DNA of 64,000 nt from an uncultured Ruminococcus sp. Its GTDB lineage: Bacteria; Bacillota; Clostridia; Oscillospirales; CAG-272. Shown here piece after piece: positions 34,727 to 43,889 of the stretch (its first letter is position 1; each line of letters begins with the position of its first letter). Where the stretch lies: positions 78,412 through 142,411 of the forward strand of contig CAZBQN010000001.1 in NCBI GenBank assembly GCA_964494135.1. The letters run 5' to 3'. Both the position numbers and the translations under genes were made by a program. The notes beneath the pieces are model-generated. The model worked only from the letters and a program-made list of their open reading frames with translations, did no database searches and had not been told where the DNA came from.

Positions 34727-35425
34727 ATGTTCAACGGAAAGAAAAAAGCCCTGACCTTCAGCTACGACGACGGCGTAACTCAGGACATACGGCTCATTGA
34801 GCTGTTTAACAAGTACGGAATGAAGGCGACCTTCAATCTCAATTCCGAGCTTCTCGGACGTGAAGGCTCGCTGATAAGAGAAGGACAGCACGTATACCAC
34901 AACAAGGTGCGTCCCGAGGACGTAAGGTACATTTACGAGGGTCACGAGGTCGCCTCCCACACGTTGACTCATCCCTTTCTCCCCGCCATAGAGGACGAGG
35001 GGGAGATTATACGGCAGGTCGAGGAAGACAGGTTGAAGCTGTCCGAGCTTTGCGGCTGCGAGGTCGTGGGCTTTGCCTACCCCGGCGGAGGGGTCAACTA
35101 TAACAGCCGCGTGGCAAATATCATCAAAAAGGGTACGGGAATTAAATACTGCCGTACCACGGTTTCATCTCACAGCTTTGACCGTCAGGAAAATCTGTTC
35201 GAATTCAAGCCCAGCGTATACCATCACGCAGAGTGGGATAAGCTGTTTGAGCTGGGCGAGCGGTTTTTGTCCCTTGAGTGCGAAGAGCCGTCGCTGTTCT
35301 ACGTATGGGGTCACGCATACGAATTTGACATTCACGACACCTGGGGCAAATTCGAGGACTTTCTCAGGATGATGTCCGGAAAGTCGGATATATTCTACGG
35401 TACTAACAAGGAGGTTCTTCTCTGA
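34727..35425 (+). CDS. Polysaccharide deacetylase (CE4)
   Basis: ALTFSYDDG...ASHTLTH motifs of NodB-homology domains. Confidence 0.8.
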   Translation: MFNGKKKALTFSYDDGVTQDIRLIELFNKYGMKATFNLNSELLGREGSLIREGQHVYHNKVRPEDVRYIYEGHEVASHTLTHPFLPAIEDEGEIIRQVEEDRLKLSELCGCEVVGFAYPGGGVNYNSRVANIIKKGTGIKYCRTTVSSHSFDRQENLFEFKPSVYHHAEWDKLFELGERFLSLECEEPSLFYVWGHAYEFDIHDTWGKFEDFLRMMSGKSDIFYGTNKEVLL

Positions 35426-35446
35426 ATTCGGAGAAGACTGTACAAA

Positions 35447-36415
35447 ATGGAAGAAAACAAAGATACAATCAACGAAACGCAGGAGAAATCAGGAAAAAAC
35501 ACCTCATTCGGGCTTCGCGTGCTCAAAGACGGCGCGGCGGGCTTCGGCATGGGTGTGGCGTTTATCATTCCCGGCTTTTCGGGCGGCTCGGTCGCCGCAA
35601 TACTCGGCATTTACGAGCGTCTCATCGGTGCCATCGCCGATATTTTCAAGCACTTCAAGCGTTCGGTTTCAATGCTGCTGCCCGTATTCATAGGGCTGGT
35701 GCTTGGTGCTGTGTCACTGATGTACCCCTTGGACTTTGCCCTTGGAAAATTCCCGCTGCCTACCGTATCTCTGTTCGTCGGTCTTGCGCTGGGCGGTCTG
35801 CCTGCCATAACCGATAAGGTCAAAGGAAAGCTCGAATGGACGAATTTTCTCTCCCTGGGTATACCGCTGTTGCTCACGCTGTCCCTGGTTTTTGTGCCCG
35901 TGGGATCTGAGGTGGATTTGTTAAATCTCAACCTTGGCGGCTACGTCCTGCTGTTTTTGGTCGGCATCGTCGGCTCCTCGGCACTGGTTATCCCCGGTAT
36001 TTCCGGCAGTATGCTTCTGCTCATTCTCGGATACTACAATCCTCTTTTGTCGGTAATAACACAAAATCTGCTCAAAGGGCAGAACGTGGGCAGGGCTCTT
36101 TTGGTCCTCATGTCCGCAGGCGGCGGAATAATCGTTGGCTTTATCGGCATTTCGGTAGTGATGAAGCTTTTGCTGAAAAAATGCCAGAGGGGCACTTATT
36201 TTGCCATAATCGGATTTATCATCGGCTCGATCCCCTCGGTTTTCGTCTCAACCGCCAAGGATGCCGGCATGACCGCACAGACCCTGCCCTCCGACCCGTG
36301 GCATTGGATAGCCTGCGTGCTTTTGCTTATTGCAGGAGCCGCGCTGTCGTTTACGCTGGTAATGAAGGCGAAAGCCATCGCCTCAAAGAAAGACGTCCGC
36401 AAAAATCAATCATAA
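35447..36415 (+). CDS. DUF368 family membrane protein (undecaprenyl-phosphate translocase-type family)
   Basis: A duplicated PGxSGGS motif (IIPGFSGGSVAAILGIYERL and VIPGISGSMLLLILGYY) and about 8 TM helices. Confidence 0.7.
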   Translation: MEENKDTINETQEKSGKNTSFGLRVLKDGAAGFGMGVAFIIPGFSGGSVAAILGIYERLIGAIADIFKHFKRSVSMLLPVFIGLVLGAVSLMYPLDFALGKFPLPTVSLFVGLALGGLPAITDKVKGKLEWTNFLSLGIPLLLTLSLVFVPVGSEVDLLNLNLGGYVLLFLVGIVGSSALVIPGISGSMLLLILGYYNPLLSVITQNLLKGQNVGRALLVLMSAGGGIIVGFIGISVVMKLLLKKCQRGTYFAIIGFIIGSIPSVFVSTAKDAGMTAQTLPSDPWHWIACVLLLIAGAALSFTLVMKAKAIASKKDVRKNQS

Positions 36416-36501
36416 CAGAGAAAGCTCCCGAATATGCTGAATTACAAAGCATTCGGGGGCTTTTACAATTTCAAATCCGAGCCGCCGTGAGAGGAGCGAA
36501 T

Positions 36502-36987
36502 ATGTTTATATATACGGTAAGGGCATCAAGCATTAAATTTTTCGCCGTCATTGCCCTGTGTGTTGCGGCACTTCTTATTCTGGTATCCGTCGGCAGCGCC
36601 GATGCATACGCCTACGTCGGCAACACCGAAATAAACTACGGAGGAATTAAAACAAACGAGGACAGAATAGCATTTATCGAGGGCTTCGGACTTCGGGTCA
36701 AGGAAACTCCCACCACCGAGGAAAGCTACACCATGCCCGACAATTTTGACCGAATAATCAGCGGATATAACGAAATACAGAAGGCCCAAGGGCTGGACCT
36801 GACGAAGTACAAGAACAAAAGGGTTACGCATTACGCCTACGAGGTGACGAATTACGACTACGACGGCGTGGTTTACGTCAATCTGTGCGTGTATAAGAAC
36901 CGCATCGTCGCCTGCGATATTTCCAGCGGCGACCCAAACGGCTTTGTCCTCGGGCTGACGGAGATTGACAAAGGCAAGCTGAAATGA
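36502..36987 (+). CDS. DUF4830 domain protein (membrane-anchored)
   Basis: An ATG follows GAGGAG. It has an N-terminal TM helix, and ...YNEIQKAQGLDLTKYKNKRVTHYAYEVTNY resembles DUF4830. The upstream 107 codons of the tracked ORF overlap the previous gene out of frame. Confidence 0.6.
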   Translation: MFIYTVRASSIKFFAVIALCVAALLILVSVGSADAYAYVGNTEINYGGIKTNEDRIAFIEGFGLRVKETPTTEESYTMPDNFDRIISGYNEIQKAQGLDLTKYKNKRVTHYAYEVTNYDYDGVVYVNLCVYKNRIVACDISSGDPNGFVLGLTEIDKGKLK

Positions 36988-37100
36988 AATATTTACACCT
37001 ATAAAACAAATGCGACAGCCCACGCCCCTCGGCAAACGGCTGTCGCTGATTTTTCTCTCGGCTGAGCCTCGGCTCAGCCGTTTATTTTATTCTGCGGCTC

Positions 37101-37199
37101 TCAGTTATTGCAGCAGCAGCAAATGATCACGATAGCAACAAGGATAACGATCCAAGTGCAGTTGTCGTCGAAGATGTGGCAAAGGCAGTTGTTATTCAT
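37101..37199 (-). CDS. 32-aa Cys-rich hydrophobic micropeptide (below the ORF-track cutoff)
   Basis: ATG at 37199 with a GGAGG RBS 8 nt upstream. It encodes MNNNCLCHIFDDNCTWIVILVAIVIICCCCNN*. Confidence 0.4.
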   Translation of the reverse strand: MNNNCLCHIFDDNCTWIVILVAIVIICCCCNN

Positions 37200-37392
37200 A
37201 GTATGTTCCTCCGAAGCATTTATTACATAAGCAGTCGGGGAAAACAGCGTCCTCCGTGTCTGCTCAATACATACTATGCGAGCCGTCGGGAAAAGGTGCC
37301 ACAGGCAAAGAACGTAAAGTTGAAGAAACGCTTACCGCCACAAAATACAGAGGCAAACGGAAGGTTAAAACCGCGCACCATCCCATCCGCCG

Positions 37393-39504
37393 TCAATCGA
37401 AGGCAAAAGAAATTTTACCGTCCTTAAGCACCAGCCGTCCGCCGAACAGCCTTCCCTTCTTTGAAATAAAGCCGGTGAGCTTTGCCGTCGTGCCGGTGGC
37501 GAGCAGGCGGCGTGCCTCGCTTATGGGAATATCGCGCTTGCAGATATTTATTCCCATTTTAAAGTCACATCCCTCCTTGTAGCCCATACAGCCGTAGCTG
37601 TACTGACCGCGGACGACGTTCTTTCCGCACAGAGGGCATACGCCCACAATCTCGCCGTATTTGCCTGTATCAACCGGGGGCGGCGGAGCGTTGTTTTTGT
37701 TATTGAAAACCTCGGCAATCTCCCGCTCTGCCAGCTTCACGGACTCATCGACGGTCATCTCCTTGTGATAAACACGCTTGAGTGCCTTGCCGAGCTCGCT
37801 GGTCTTGTATTTATCCATAACGATACCGAGCCTGCTCAGCGACTCTATCAGATACTCGCCGCCGTCGAGAATGGTATAGACGTCCTTTTTCAGGTCGATA
37901 TATCCGCTCTTTTTCGCATTGTCGATAATGCCCGTGCGCGTTGCCTCGGTCCCCAGCTCCAAGCCCTCAAATATCGCCTTGTAGTCCTCAGCGTCGTCAA
38001 CCTCGCCGTTTTCCTCCAGCTCCTTTGCCCGTGCCTTGTCGTCCTTGAAGGGGTTTTTCAGGTAATTGTTCAGGGTTTCTATGGTGTAATGCTTCGGCGG
38101 TGTAGTCTTCTTCTCCACCGGAGAGAAACTTATGTTTACCGTCTCGCCGACCTCAAGCTCCGGCAAAAGCTTGTCCTTTGAGTTGTAGTCGTCATACCTG
38201 GTCCAGCCGGGCTCGAGAATAACCGTGCCCTTCAGCGAAAATTCCTCGTATTCTCCTACCTTTATTTTAATCTCGCTCTTTTCAGCCATACAGTCCTCGG
38301 CACAGAACACCGCCACGAAGCGGCGGAATACCGTGGAATAGACCATATTTTCCTTTTCGGTAAGCTTTGATTTGTCTGGGATTTTATAGGTGGGGGTCAG
38401 AGCGGAGTGGGACTCTATCTTTGAGTCGTCGAAGATATACTTTGAGTCCTTGAACCTGACGGGGTAGCCCAGCTTATCGACATTCGATATAATTGCGCGA
38501 ATTTTATCCTTTTCCGCAGTTGCAAGGTACTCGGAGTTCGTTCTCGGATAAGTCAGATACCCCTCCTCGTACAGCTTCTGTATAATGGAAAGACTCTCTG
38601 CCATGGACATTTTGTATTTTTTACCGAGCTGGTTCTGTAAGGTTGACAACGAGTACAGCTTACCGGGCATAATTCTGTCCTTTTTGCTGGTCTTTGCCGT
38701 GACCTTTGCCCCTGCCGCATTGTAGAGCCCTGCCAGCTCTGCTGCCTTGTCTTTTTCGTCCTTTGTAAACTTTTGTTTACTCGTTAACTCGACACGCTCC
38801 CCGTGTGTCGCCTCATTGCTGTAAAGTGAGTAATATATTTCCGGTGTGAAATTTCGGATTTCCAGGTCTCTGTCGTATATGGCTTTGACTATGGGAACGA
38901 TAACTCTGCCGACTCTCAGCAGCTTTCCCGTCTTGATAGTGGCGAACCGTGTCAGGTTTACTCCGTAAAGCCAGTCAATATATGTCCTTGCAAAGCCCTC
39001 GGAGGCAAGGCTGTCGTACTCCGACTCATCCTTCATCTCCGACAGCGCGCGCCTTACCGTCTCGGGGGTCTGGTCGGGGAGCCAAAGCCGCTTTTGCGCC
39101 TTATTTCCCTTCAGCGCGTTCTCCACGCAGAGGCGGACTATAATCTCACCCTCTCTGTCCGCGTCTCCCGCATTGACTACGGTGTCGACGTCACCCCTGT
39201 TGCACAGCTGTTCGATTATCCCAAACTGACGGCGCACGCCGGGGTCCACCGTCCCCTTGCCGTCCTGACGGCGAAGCTCGAACCTGAACTTCTCGGGGAA
39301 ACAGGGCAGATTGTCAAGGGTCCACTTCTTCGACTCGCCCGTGCCGGTATAGCTCTCAATATCGACAAGGGAGAACAGATGCCCGAACGCCCAGGTGACT
39401 ATATAATCGACGTTTATGAAATAGCCGTCTTTTTTATCCATCTTGCCGATACCTGCCACAATATTTCTGGCAAGGCTGGGCTTCTCTGCGATAATTACAA
39501 TCAT
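37393..39504 (-). CDS. topB: DNA topoisomerase III
   Basis: The internal start MIVIIAEKPSLARNI gives a Toprim domain. A type IA core with the active-site region (LTYPRTNSEY) follows, with C-terminal zinc ribbons (CPLCGKNV..., C..C). Confidence 0.9.
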   Translation of the reverse strand: MIVIIAEKPSLARNIVAGIGKMDKKDGYFINVDYIVTWAFGHLFSLVDIESYTGTGESKKWTLDNLPCFPEKFRFELRRQDGKGTVDPGVRRQFGIIEQLCNRGDVDTVVNAGDADREGEIIVRLCVENALKGNKAQKRLWLPDQTPETVRRALSEMKDESEYDSLASEGFARTYIDWLYGVNLTRFATIKTGKLLRVGRVIVPIVKAIYDRDLEIRNFTPEIYYSLYSNEATHGERVELTSKQKFTKDEKDKAAELAGLYNAAGAKVTAKTSKKDRIMPGKLYSLSTLQNQLGKKYKMSMAESLSIIQKLYEEGYLTYPRTNSEYLATAEKDKIRAIISNVDKLGYPVRFKDSKYIFDDSKIESHSALTPTYKIPDKSKLTEKENMVYSTVFRRFVAVFCAEDCMAEKSEIKIKVGEYEEFSLKGTVILEPGWTRYDDYNSKDKLLPELEVGETVNISFSPVEKKTTPPKHYTIETLNNYLKNPFKDDKARAKELEENGEVDDAEDYKAIFEGLELGTEATRTGIIDNAKKSGYIDLKKDVYTILDGGEYLIESLSRLGIVMDKYKTSELGKALKRVYHKEMTVDESVKLAEREIAEVFNNKNNAPPPPVDTGKYGEIVGVCPLCGKNVVRGQYSYGCMGYKEGCDFKMGINICKRDIPISEARRLLATGTTAKLTGFISKKGRLFGGRLVLKDGKISFAFD

Positions 39505-39666
39505 ATTTATGACAATTCCTATTCTCGTTTTCAAGCGTCTTTTCTATTCTAACATATCTTTGTGAATTTTTCCACCCCCTTTTCGTTTTTATTTTTCGCC
39601 CCTTCCGATATGCAAAAAAGCGCGGGTATGAAGATGTGTCTTCAAGTCTGAGCGTCAATCATCGTT

Positions 39667-39839
39667 GTGTCAGCGCAAATCGGATGCGATTGTGATCCGG
39701 TAGGGGCTGGCGCCTTGCGCAGTGATGTTCCGTAGGGGCTGTGCGTGTCGCTTCGAATTATCGCTGACACGGCATACAATCGACGGCTCTGCACGGGTCG
39801 TAGCAATCGAAGATTGCAAGGCGCACGACCCCTACCAGG
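39667..39839. other. GC-rich element with nested long-range inverted repeats (unknown function)
   Basis: CCGGTAGGGGCTGGCGCCTTGC (39697-39718) pairs with GCAAGGCGCACGACCCCTACCAGG (39816-39839). GTGTCAGCG (39667-39675) pairs with CGCTGACAC (39762-39770). Confidence 0.5.
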
Positions 39840-39900
39840 TGGTAACCGCTTCAAATTTTCGTTGACATAGCAATATTCGTGATTGACATCTTTAATTGTA

Positions 39901-39989
39901 AATTTCACCGCGGAGCGATTTCATCCGAACATCGTGAGGATTTCACCCGTCGAAGACGGATTTCACATTGGCGGGCGCCAATATTTCAC
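39901..39989 (+). repeat. Five direct (G)ATTTCAY motifs at 16-23 bp spacing
   Basis: Copies at 39902, 39918, 39940, 39960 and 39983, each followed by a different GC-rich 8-16-mer. The array ends in a 10-bp hairpin, GTGCTATGCA...TGCATAGCAC (39991-40019). Confidence 0.8.
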
Positions 39990-40146
39990 TGTGCTATGCA
40001 ATCGGAGAGTGCATAGCACCTTGCCACCGGCGTGCTTTTGCACAAAAGGACTTGTCAATTTTTTTGCAATTTTCTTATTTATTTTTTTGTTCTTTTATGT
40101 TATACTGTATATGTTAAATATATGAGGACGAGGAATGGACTGAAAA

Positions 40147-40737
40147 ATGGCAAAGCTGTATTTCAAATACGGTGCAATGGGTTCGTCAAAAACGGCGCAC
40201 GCACTGATAACAAAATTCAACTACGAAGAAAAAGGAATGAAGGTATGGCTGATAAAGCCCGCTACCGACGATCGGGACGGCACTGATATTCTCAGGTCGA
40301 GAATAGGACTGTCGGCAGTATGTACGCCTATCGGCAAGGACGGAGACATTTACGAAATATTCAAGGCGGAGCACGCTGATTGCAACGTAATCATAGCCGA
40401 CGAGAGCCAATTTTTTACCGCCAAACAGGTAGACGAGCTTCGGAGCATTGTCAACGAATACGACATACCGGTCATCTGCCACGGCCTGCGCACCGACTTC
40501 CGCACGCGGCTGTTCCCCGGCTCGGCAAGGCTGTTTGAGGTCGCGGACGCTTTAGCGGAGATAAAGACTATATGCGAATGCGGAAGAAAGGCAACCGTCT
40601 CCGCCCGTATTTCATCCGACGGAAGGATAGTCACCGAGGGAAGACAAATTCTCCTCGGCTCATCCGACAGGTATATAGCGATTTGCCATAAATGTTATTC
40701 GGAAAGAATTAAAAAGGAGCATGAAAATGGAAATTAA
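40147..40737 (+). CDS. tdk: Thymidine kinase
   Basis: 196 aa with a P-loop (GAMGSSKT) and a C-terminal Zn-binding CECG...CHKC. Confidence 0.95.
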   Translation: MAKLYFKYGAMGSSKTAHALITKFNYEEKGMKVWLIKPATDDRDGTDILRSRIGLSAVCTPIGKDGDIYEIFKAEHADCNVIIADESQFFTAKQVDELRSIVNEYDIPVICHGLRTDFRTRLFPGSARLFEVADALAEIKTICECGRKATVSARISSDGRIVTEGRQILLGSSDRYIAICHKCYSERIKKEHENGN

Positions 40738-41392
40738 GGATATTCTCGCAAGGGTTGACCACACCCTTTTGGACAGATGCGCCACCTTCGACGACATTAA
40801 GACCGTGCTGGACGACGCTGTCAAATACGGCGCGGCTTCCGCCTGCATCCCCCCCTGCTTTGTAAAAGAGGCAAAGGATTACGTAGGCGAAAAACTCCCG
40901 ATTTGCACGGTTATCGGCTTCCCTAACGGCTACTCTACCCCGGGGTGCAAGGCATACGAGGCTAAGGAAGCCATAGAGCTTGGTGCCGACGAGATCGACA
41001 TGGTTATAAACACCGGGCTCGTAAAGGCAGGCGACTACGAGGCTGTGCTCGCAGACATACGGGCGGTGAGAGAGGCGACCCGGGGAAAAATTCTCAAGGT
41101 TATAATCGAGACCTGCCTGCTCACCGACGAGGAAAAAATCAAGCTCTGCGCTGTCGTATCCAACTCGGGCGCGGATTTCATCAAGACCTCCACCGGCTTT
41201 TCCACGGCGGGAGCAACCTTCGCCGATATCAAGCTGATGAAGGCAAACGTGACGGGCGGTCTTAAAATCAAGGCGGCGGGAGGAATATCCTCTATCGCCG
41301 ACGCAGAAAAATTCATTGAGCTGGGCGCGGACAGACTGGGCACCAGCAGAATAATAAAGATATTGAAGAAAGAGGAAAGCCATGGCTACTGA
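40721..41392 (+). CDS. deoC: Deoxyribose-phosphate aldolase
   Basis: 223 aa with ...DHTLL...VIGFPNG...FIKTSTGF, the Schiff-base lysine context. Confidence 0.92.
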   Translation: MKMEIKDILARVDHTLLDRCATFDDIKTVLDDAVKYGAASACIPPCFVKEAKDYVGEKLPICTVIGFPNGYSTPGCKAYEAKEAIELGADEIDMVINTGLVKAGDYEAVLADIRAVREATRGKILKVIIETCLLTDEEKIKLCAVVSNSGADFIKTSTGFSTAGATFADIKLMKANVTGGLKIKAAGGISSIADAEKFIELGADRLGTSRIIKILKKEESHGY

Positions 41393-42134
41393 GAAGAAAT
41401 TATACCCCACCCCACACATTGACGCGCGCCCTGAGGATTTTGCAAAGACCGTACTTATGCCCGGCGACCCCCTGCGGGCAAAATACGTGGCGGAAAACTT
41501 CCTTGAAGACGCGAAGCTCGTAAACAACGTCAGAGGCGTACAGGGCTACACAGGCACGTACAAGGGGGTACATGTGTCGGTTATGGCAAGCGGAATGGGT
41601 ATTCCGTCTATCGGGATTTACTCCTACGAGCTGTACAATTTCTTCGGAGTGGAGAACATAATACGCATAGGCTCGGCAGGCGGTATGAAGACCGACGTGC
41701 ACGTGCGCGACATTATTCTGGGCATGGGCGCGTGCACTACCTCAAACTACGGAGTACAGTTCGGGCTTGAAGGCGATTTTGCCCCTATATGCAGCTACGA
41801 GCTGTTAGCGGCAGCAGTTGAGGAAGCAAAGAAGCTGGGTGTCGGCTACCACGTCGGCAATCTTCTCAGCTCGGATATATTCTATAACGACAATCCCGCC
41901 GCCTCCGAAAAGTGGCAGAATATGGGCGTTCTCGGCGTTGAGATGGAGGCTGCCGGACTGTATATGAACGCGGCAAGAGCAGGCAAGCGCGCGCTTGCAA
42001 TCTGCACGGTCTCCGACCATCTTCTGACAGGCGAGAGCCTGCCCGCCGCCGAGCGTCAGACCTCCTTCCGCGATATGATGACGGTTGCGCTGGAGGTTGC
42101 GAGAAGGTTTGGAGAATTGAAAATTGAAAATTGA
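41382..42134 (+). CDS. deoD: Purine nucleoside phosphorylase (DeoD type)
   Basis: 250 aa with TPHI...[10 protein letters not shown]...GMGIPS...VEMEAA motifs. The last roughly 6 codons are encoded by the heptamer repeat. Confidence 0.9.
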   Translation: MATEKKLYPTPHIDARPEDFAKTVLMPGDPLRAKYVAENFLEDAKLVNNVRGVQGYTGTYKGVHVSVMASGMGIPSIGIYSYELYNFFGVENIIRIGSAGGMKTDVHVRDIILGMGACTTSNYGVQFGLEGDFAPICSYELLAAAVEEAKKLGVGYHVGNLLSSDIFYNDNPAASEKWQNMGVLGVEMEAAGLYMNAARAGKRALAICTVSDHLLTGESLPAAERQTSFRDMMTVALEVARRFGELKIEN

Positions 42135-42178
42135 AAGTGGAAAATGGAAAGTGGAAAACTGGAAATGGAAAATGAGAT
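42116..42178 (+). repeat. Nine tandem heptamers NNGRAAA (ATTGAAA x3, then GTGGAAA / ATGGAAA variants)
   Basis: Read directly from the sequence. It spans the deoD stop (42132-42134) and both candidate deoB start codons (42144, 42165). Confidence 0.9.
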
Positions 42179-43340
42179 AAGAAGAGTTTTTCTCATCGTC
42201 CTCGATTCGTTCGGTATCGGCGCGGCGAAGGATGCCGCCGATTTCGGAGATGAAAAGGCGGACACTCTGGGGAGCATATACAAGACGGGAATACTGAATA
42301 TTCCCAATATGACGCGTCTGGGGCTCGGCAATATTCAGGGTGTCAGCTACCCCAAGAAAACCGACACGCCCTGCGGCTTCTATGGCAGAATAGCCGAAAA
42401 AAGCCGGGGCAAGGATACCACCGTCGGTCACTGGGAGCTGATGGGTATCGTATCCGAAAGGCCCTTGCCGACCTATCCCGACGGCTTCCCGGATGAGGTT
42501 ATCGGGGAATTTGAAAAACGGATAGGCAAAAAGGTGCTTTGCAACAAGCCCTACTCGGGCACGGACGTTATCCGCGACTTCGGCGACGAGCACGTAAAGA
42601 GCGGAAAGCCCATAGTCTACACCTCCGCTGACAGCGTGTTCCAGATAGCGACCCACACGGATATAGTTCCCCTCGATACGCTGTACGAATACTGCAGAAT
42701 TGCCCGTGAGATGCTTACGGGTGAGCACGGCGTAGGCAGAGTAATCGCGCGCCCCTTTACCACCGTAAACGGAGAATACAAGAGAACTGCCGACCGCCGC
42801 GACTTCTCCCTGAAGCCCCCTGCCCCCTCCTGCCTCATAAGGCTGAAAAATGCGGGGCTCGACGTTATAGGCGTGGGTAAAATCAACGATATTTTCGCAG
42901 GCGAGGGCATCACAAGGACCTACCCCACCCACTCAAACTGCGAGGGGATAGAAAAGACGAAGGAGCTCATAGGCGGGAATTTTCACGGCTTGGCTTTCAT
43001 CAATCTTGTTGACTTTGATATGCTCTACGGTCACAGGCAGGACGCTGTCGGCTATGCTACGGCTATGAACGAATTTGACTCCGCTCTCGGCGAATTTCTG
43101 CCGAGGCTCGGGGAGGACGACATGCTCATCATAACCGCCGACCACGGCTGTGACCCCTCGGACGACAGCACCGACCACACCAGAGAAAACATACCTGTGC
43201 TGATTTGGGGCAAGAGCCTCGGCTCGGGCTCCCTCGGTGTGCTCTCGGGCTTCGGTAACGTTGGCGAGCTGGTATGCAAGGCTCTCGGTGCTCCCGGCAC
43301 CGGCGGTGAGCTATACGGCAAGGTCTTCGGACAAAAGTAA
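42144..43340 (+). CDS. deoB: Phosphopentomutase
   Basis: RVFLIVLDSFGIG...DFGDE...DHGCDP motifs. The start is ambiguous: ATG 42144 or ATG 42165, and the latter fits homolog N-termini better. Confidence 0.9.
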   Translation: MESGKLEMENEIRRVFLIVLDSFGIGAAKDAADFGDEKADTLGSIYKTGILNIPNMTRLGLGNIQGVSYPKKTDTPCGFYGRIAEKSRGKDTTVGHWELMGIVSERPLPTYPDGFPDEVIGEFEKRIGKKVLCNKPYSGTDVIRDFGDEHVKSGKPIVYTSADSVFQIATHTDIVPLDTLYEYCRIAREMLTGEHGVGRVIARPFTTVNGEYKRTADRRDFSLKPPAPSCLIRLKNAGLDVIGVGKINDIFAGEGITRTYPTHSNCEGIEKTKELIGGNFHGLAFINLVDFDMLYGHRQDAVGYATAMNEFDSALGEFLPRLGEDDMLIITADHGCDPSDDSTDHTRENIPVLIWGKSLGSGSLGVLSGFGNVGELVCKALGAPGTGGELYGKVFGQK

Positions 43341-43375
43341 ACGTTTATTTACATTATCGGTTCGGGAGAGATTTA

Positions 43376-43822
43376 ATGAAATTAAAAACTAATGAATACG
43401 AACAGCTCGTAAAAGAAGCAAAGTCAGCACGGGTATCCGCTTACATTCCCTATTCCCACTTTGCGGTGGGTGCGGCGGTGCTGTGCGCGGACGGAAGAAT
43501 ATTCCGCGGGTTCAATATAGAAAACGCATCCTACCCGGCTACCATGTGCGCGGAGAGGACGGCTCTTTATTCCGCCATGACGGCAGGGGCGCGCAAATTC
43601 GTTGCCATAGCAGTCGTCGGCGGCAAGGAGGGCGAGGAGCCAACGGGCGAATGTACACCCTGCGGTGTATGTCTGCAGGTCATATCCGAGCTTTGCGGCG
43701 CCAACGCGGAGATTGTAACCGTAGACAATGACGGCGAAATAAAGGTGCGCACGCTTTCGGACTTTCTGCCCCGCAGATTTACCGACGCGGATCTATCGGG
43801 CAATACTCAGACAGCAAAATGA
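43376..43822 (+). CDS. cdd: Cytidine deaminase
   Basis: 148 aa with the zinc motifs CAER and PCGVCLQ. Confidence 0.9.
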   Translation: MKLKTNEYEQLVKEAKSARVSAYIPYSHFAVGAAVLCADGRIFRGFNIENASYPATMCAERTALYSAMTAGARKFVAIAVVGGKEGEEPTGECTPCGVCLQVISELCGANAEIVTVDNDGEIKVRTLSDFLPRRFTDADLSGNTQTAK

Positions 43823-43889
43823 CGGCGAAAGATGAAGAAAACAACCGGCGAGAGGCGGTTCGTCTCTCCTACGGCTACGAGGTGAAGCT

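Noticed and set aside
36181-36501. 5' extension of the tracked 268-aa ORF
   Set aside because: It overlaps the DUF368 gene out of frame. The DUF4830-like protein starts at the RBS-preceded ATG at 36502.
39642-39908. 88-aa minus-strand ORF in the topB-tdk spacer
   Set aside because: Its composition is Arg/Pro/Cys-rich, driven by the GC-rich inverted repeats, and it has no RBS. The region is better explained as a structured or repeat element.
40709-42932. Minus-strand ORFs of 272 aa and 375 aa across deoC/deoD/deoB
   Set aside because: They are antisense to a tightly packed, motif-supported plus-strand operon. One of them simply translates the heptamer repeat (FHFQFSTFHF...).
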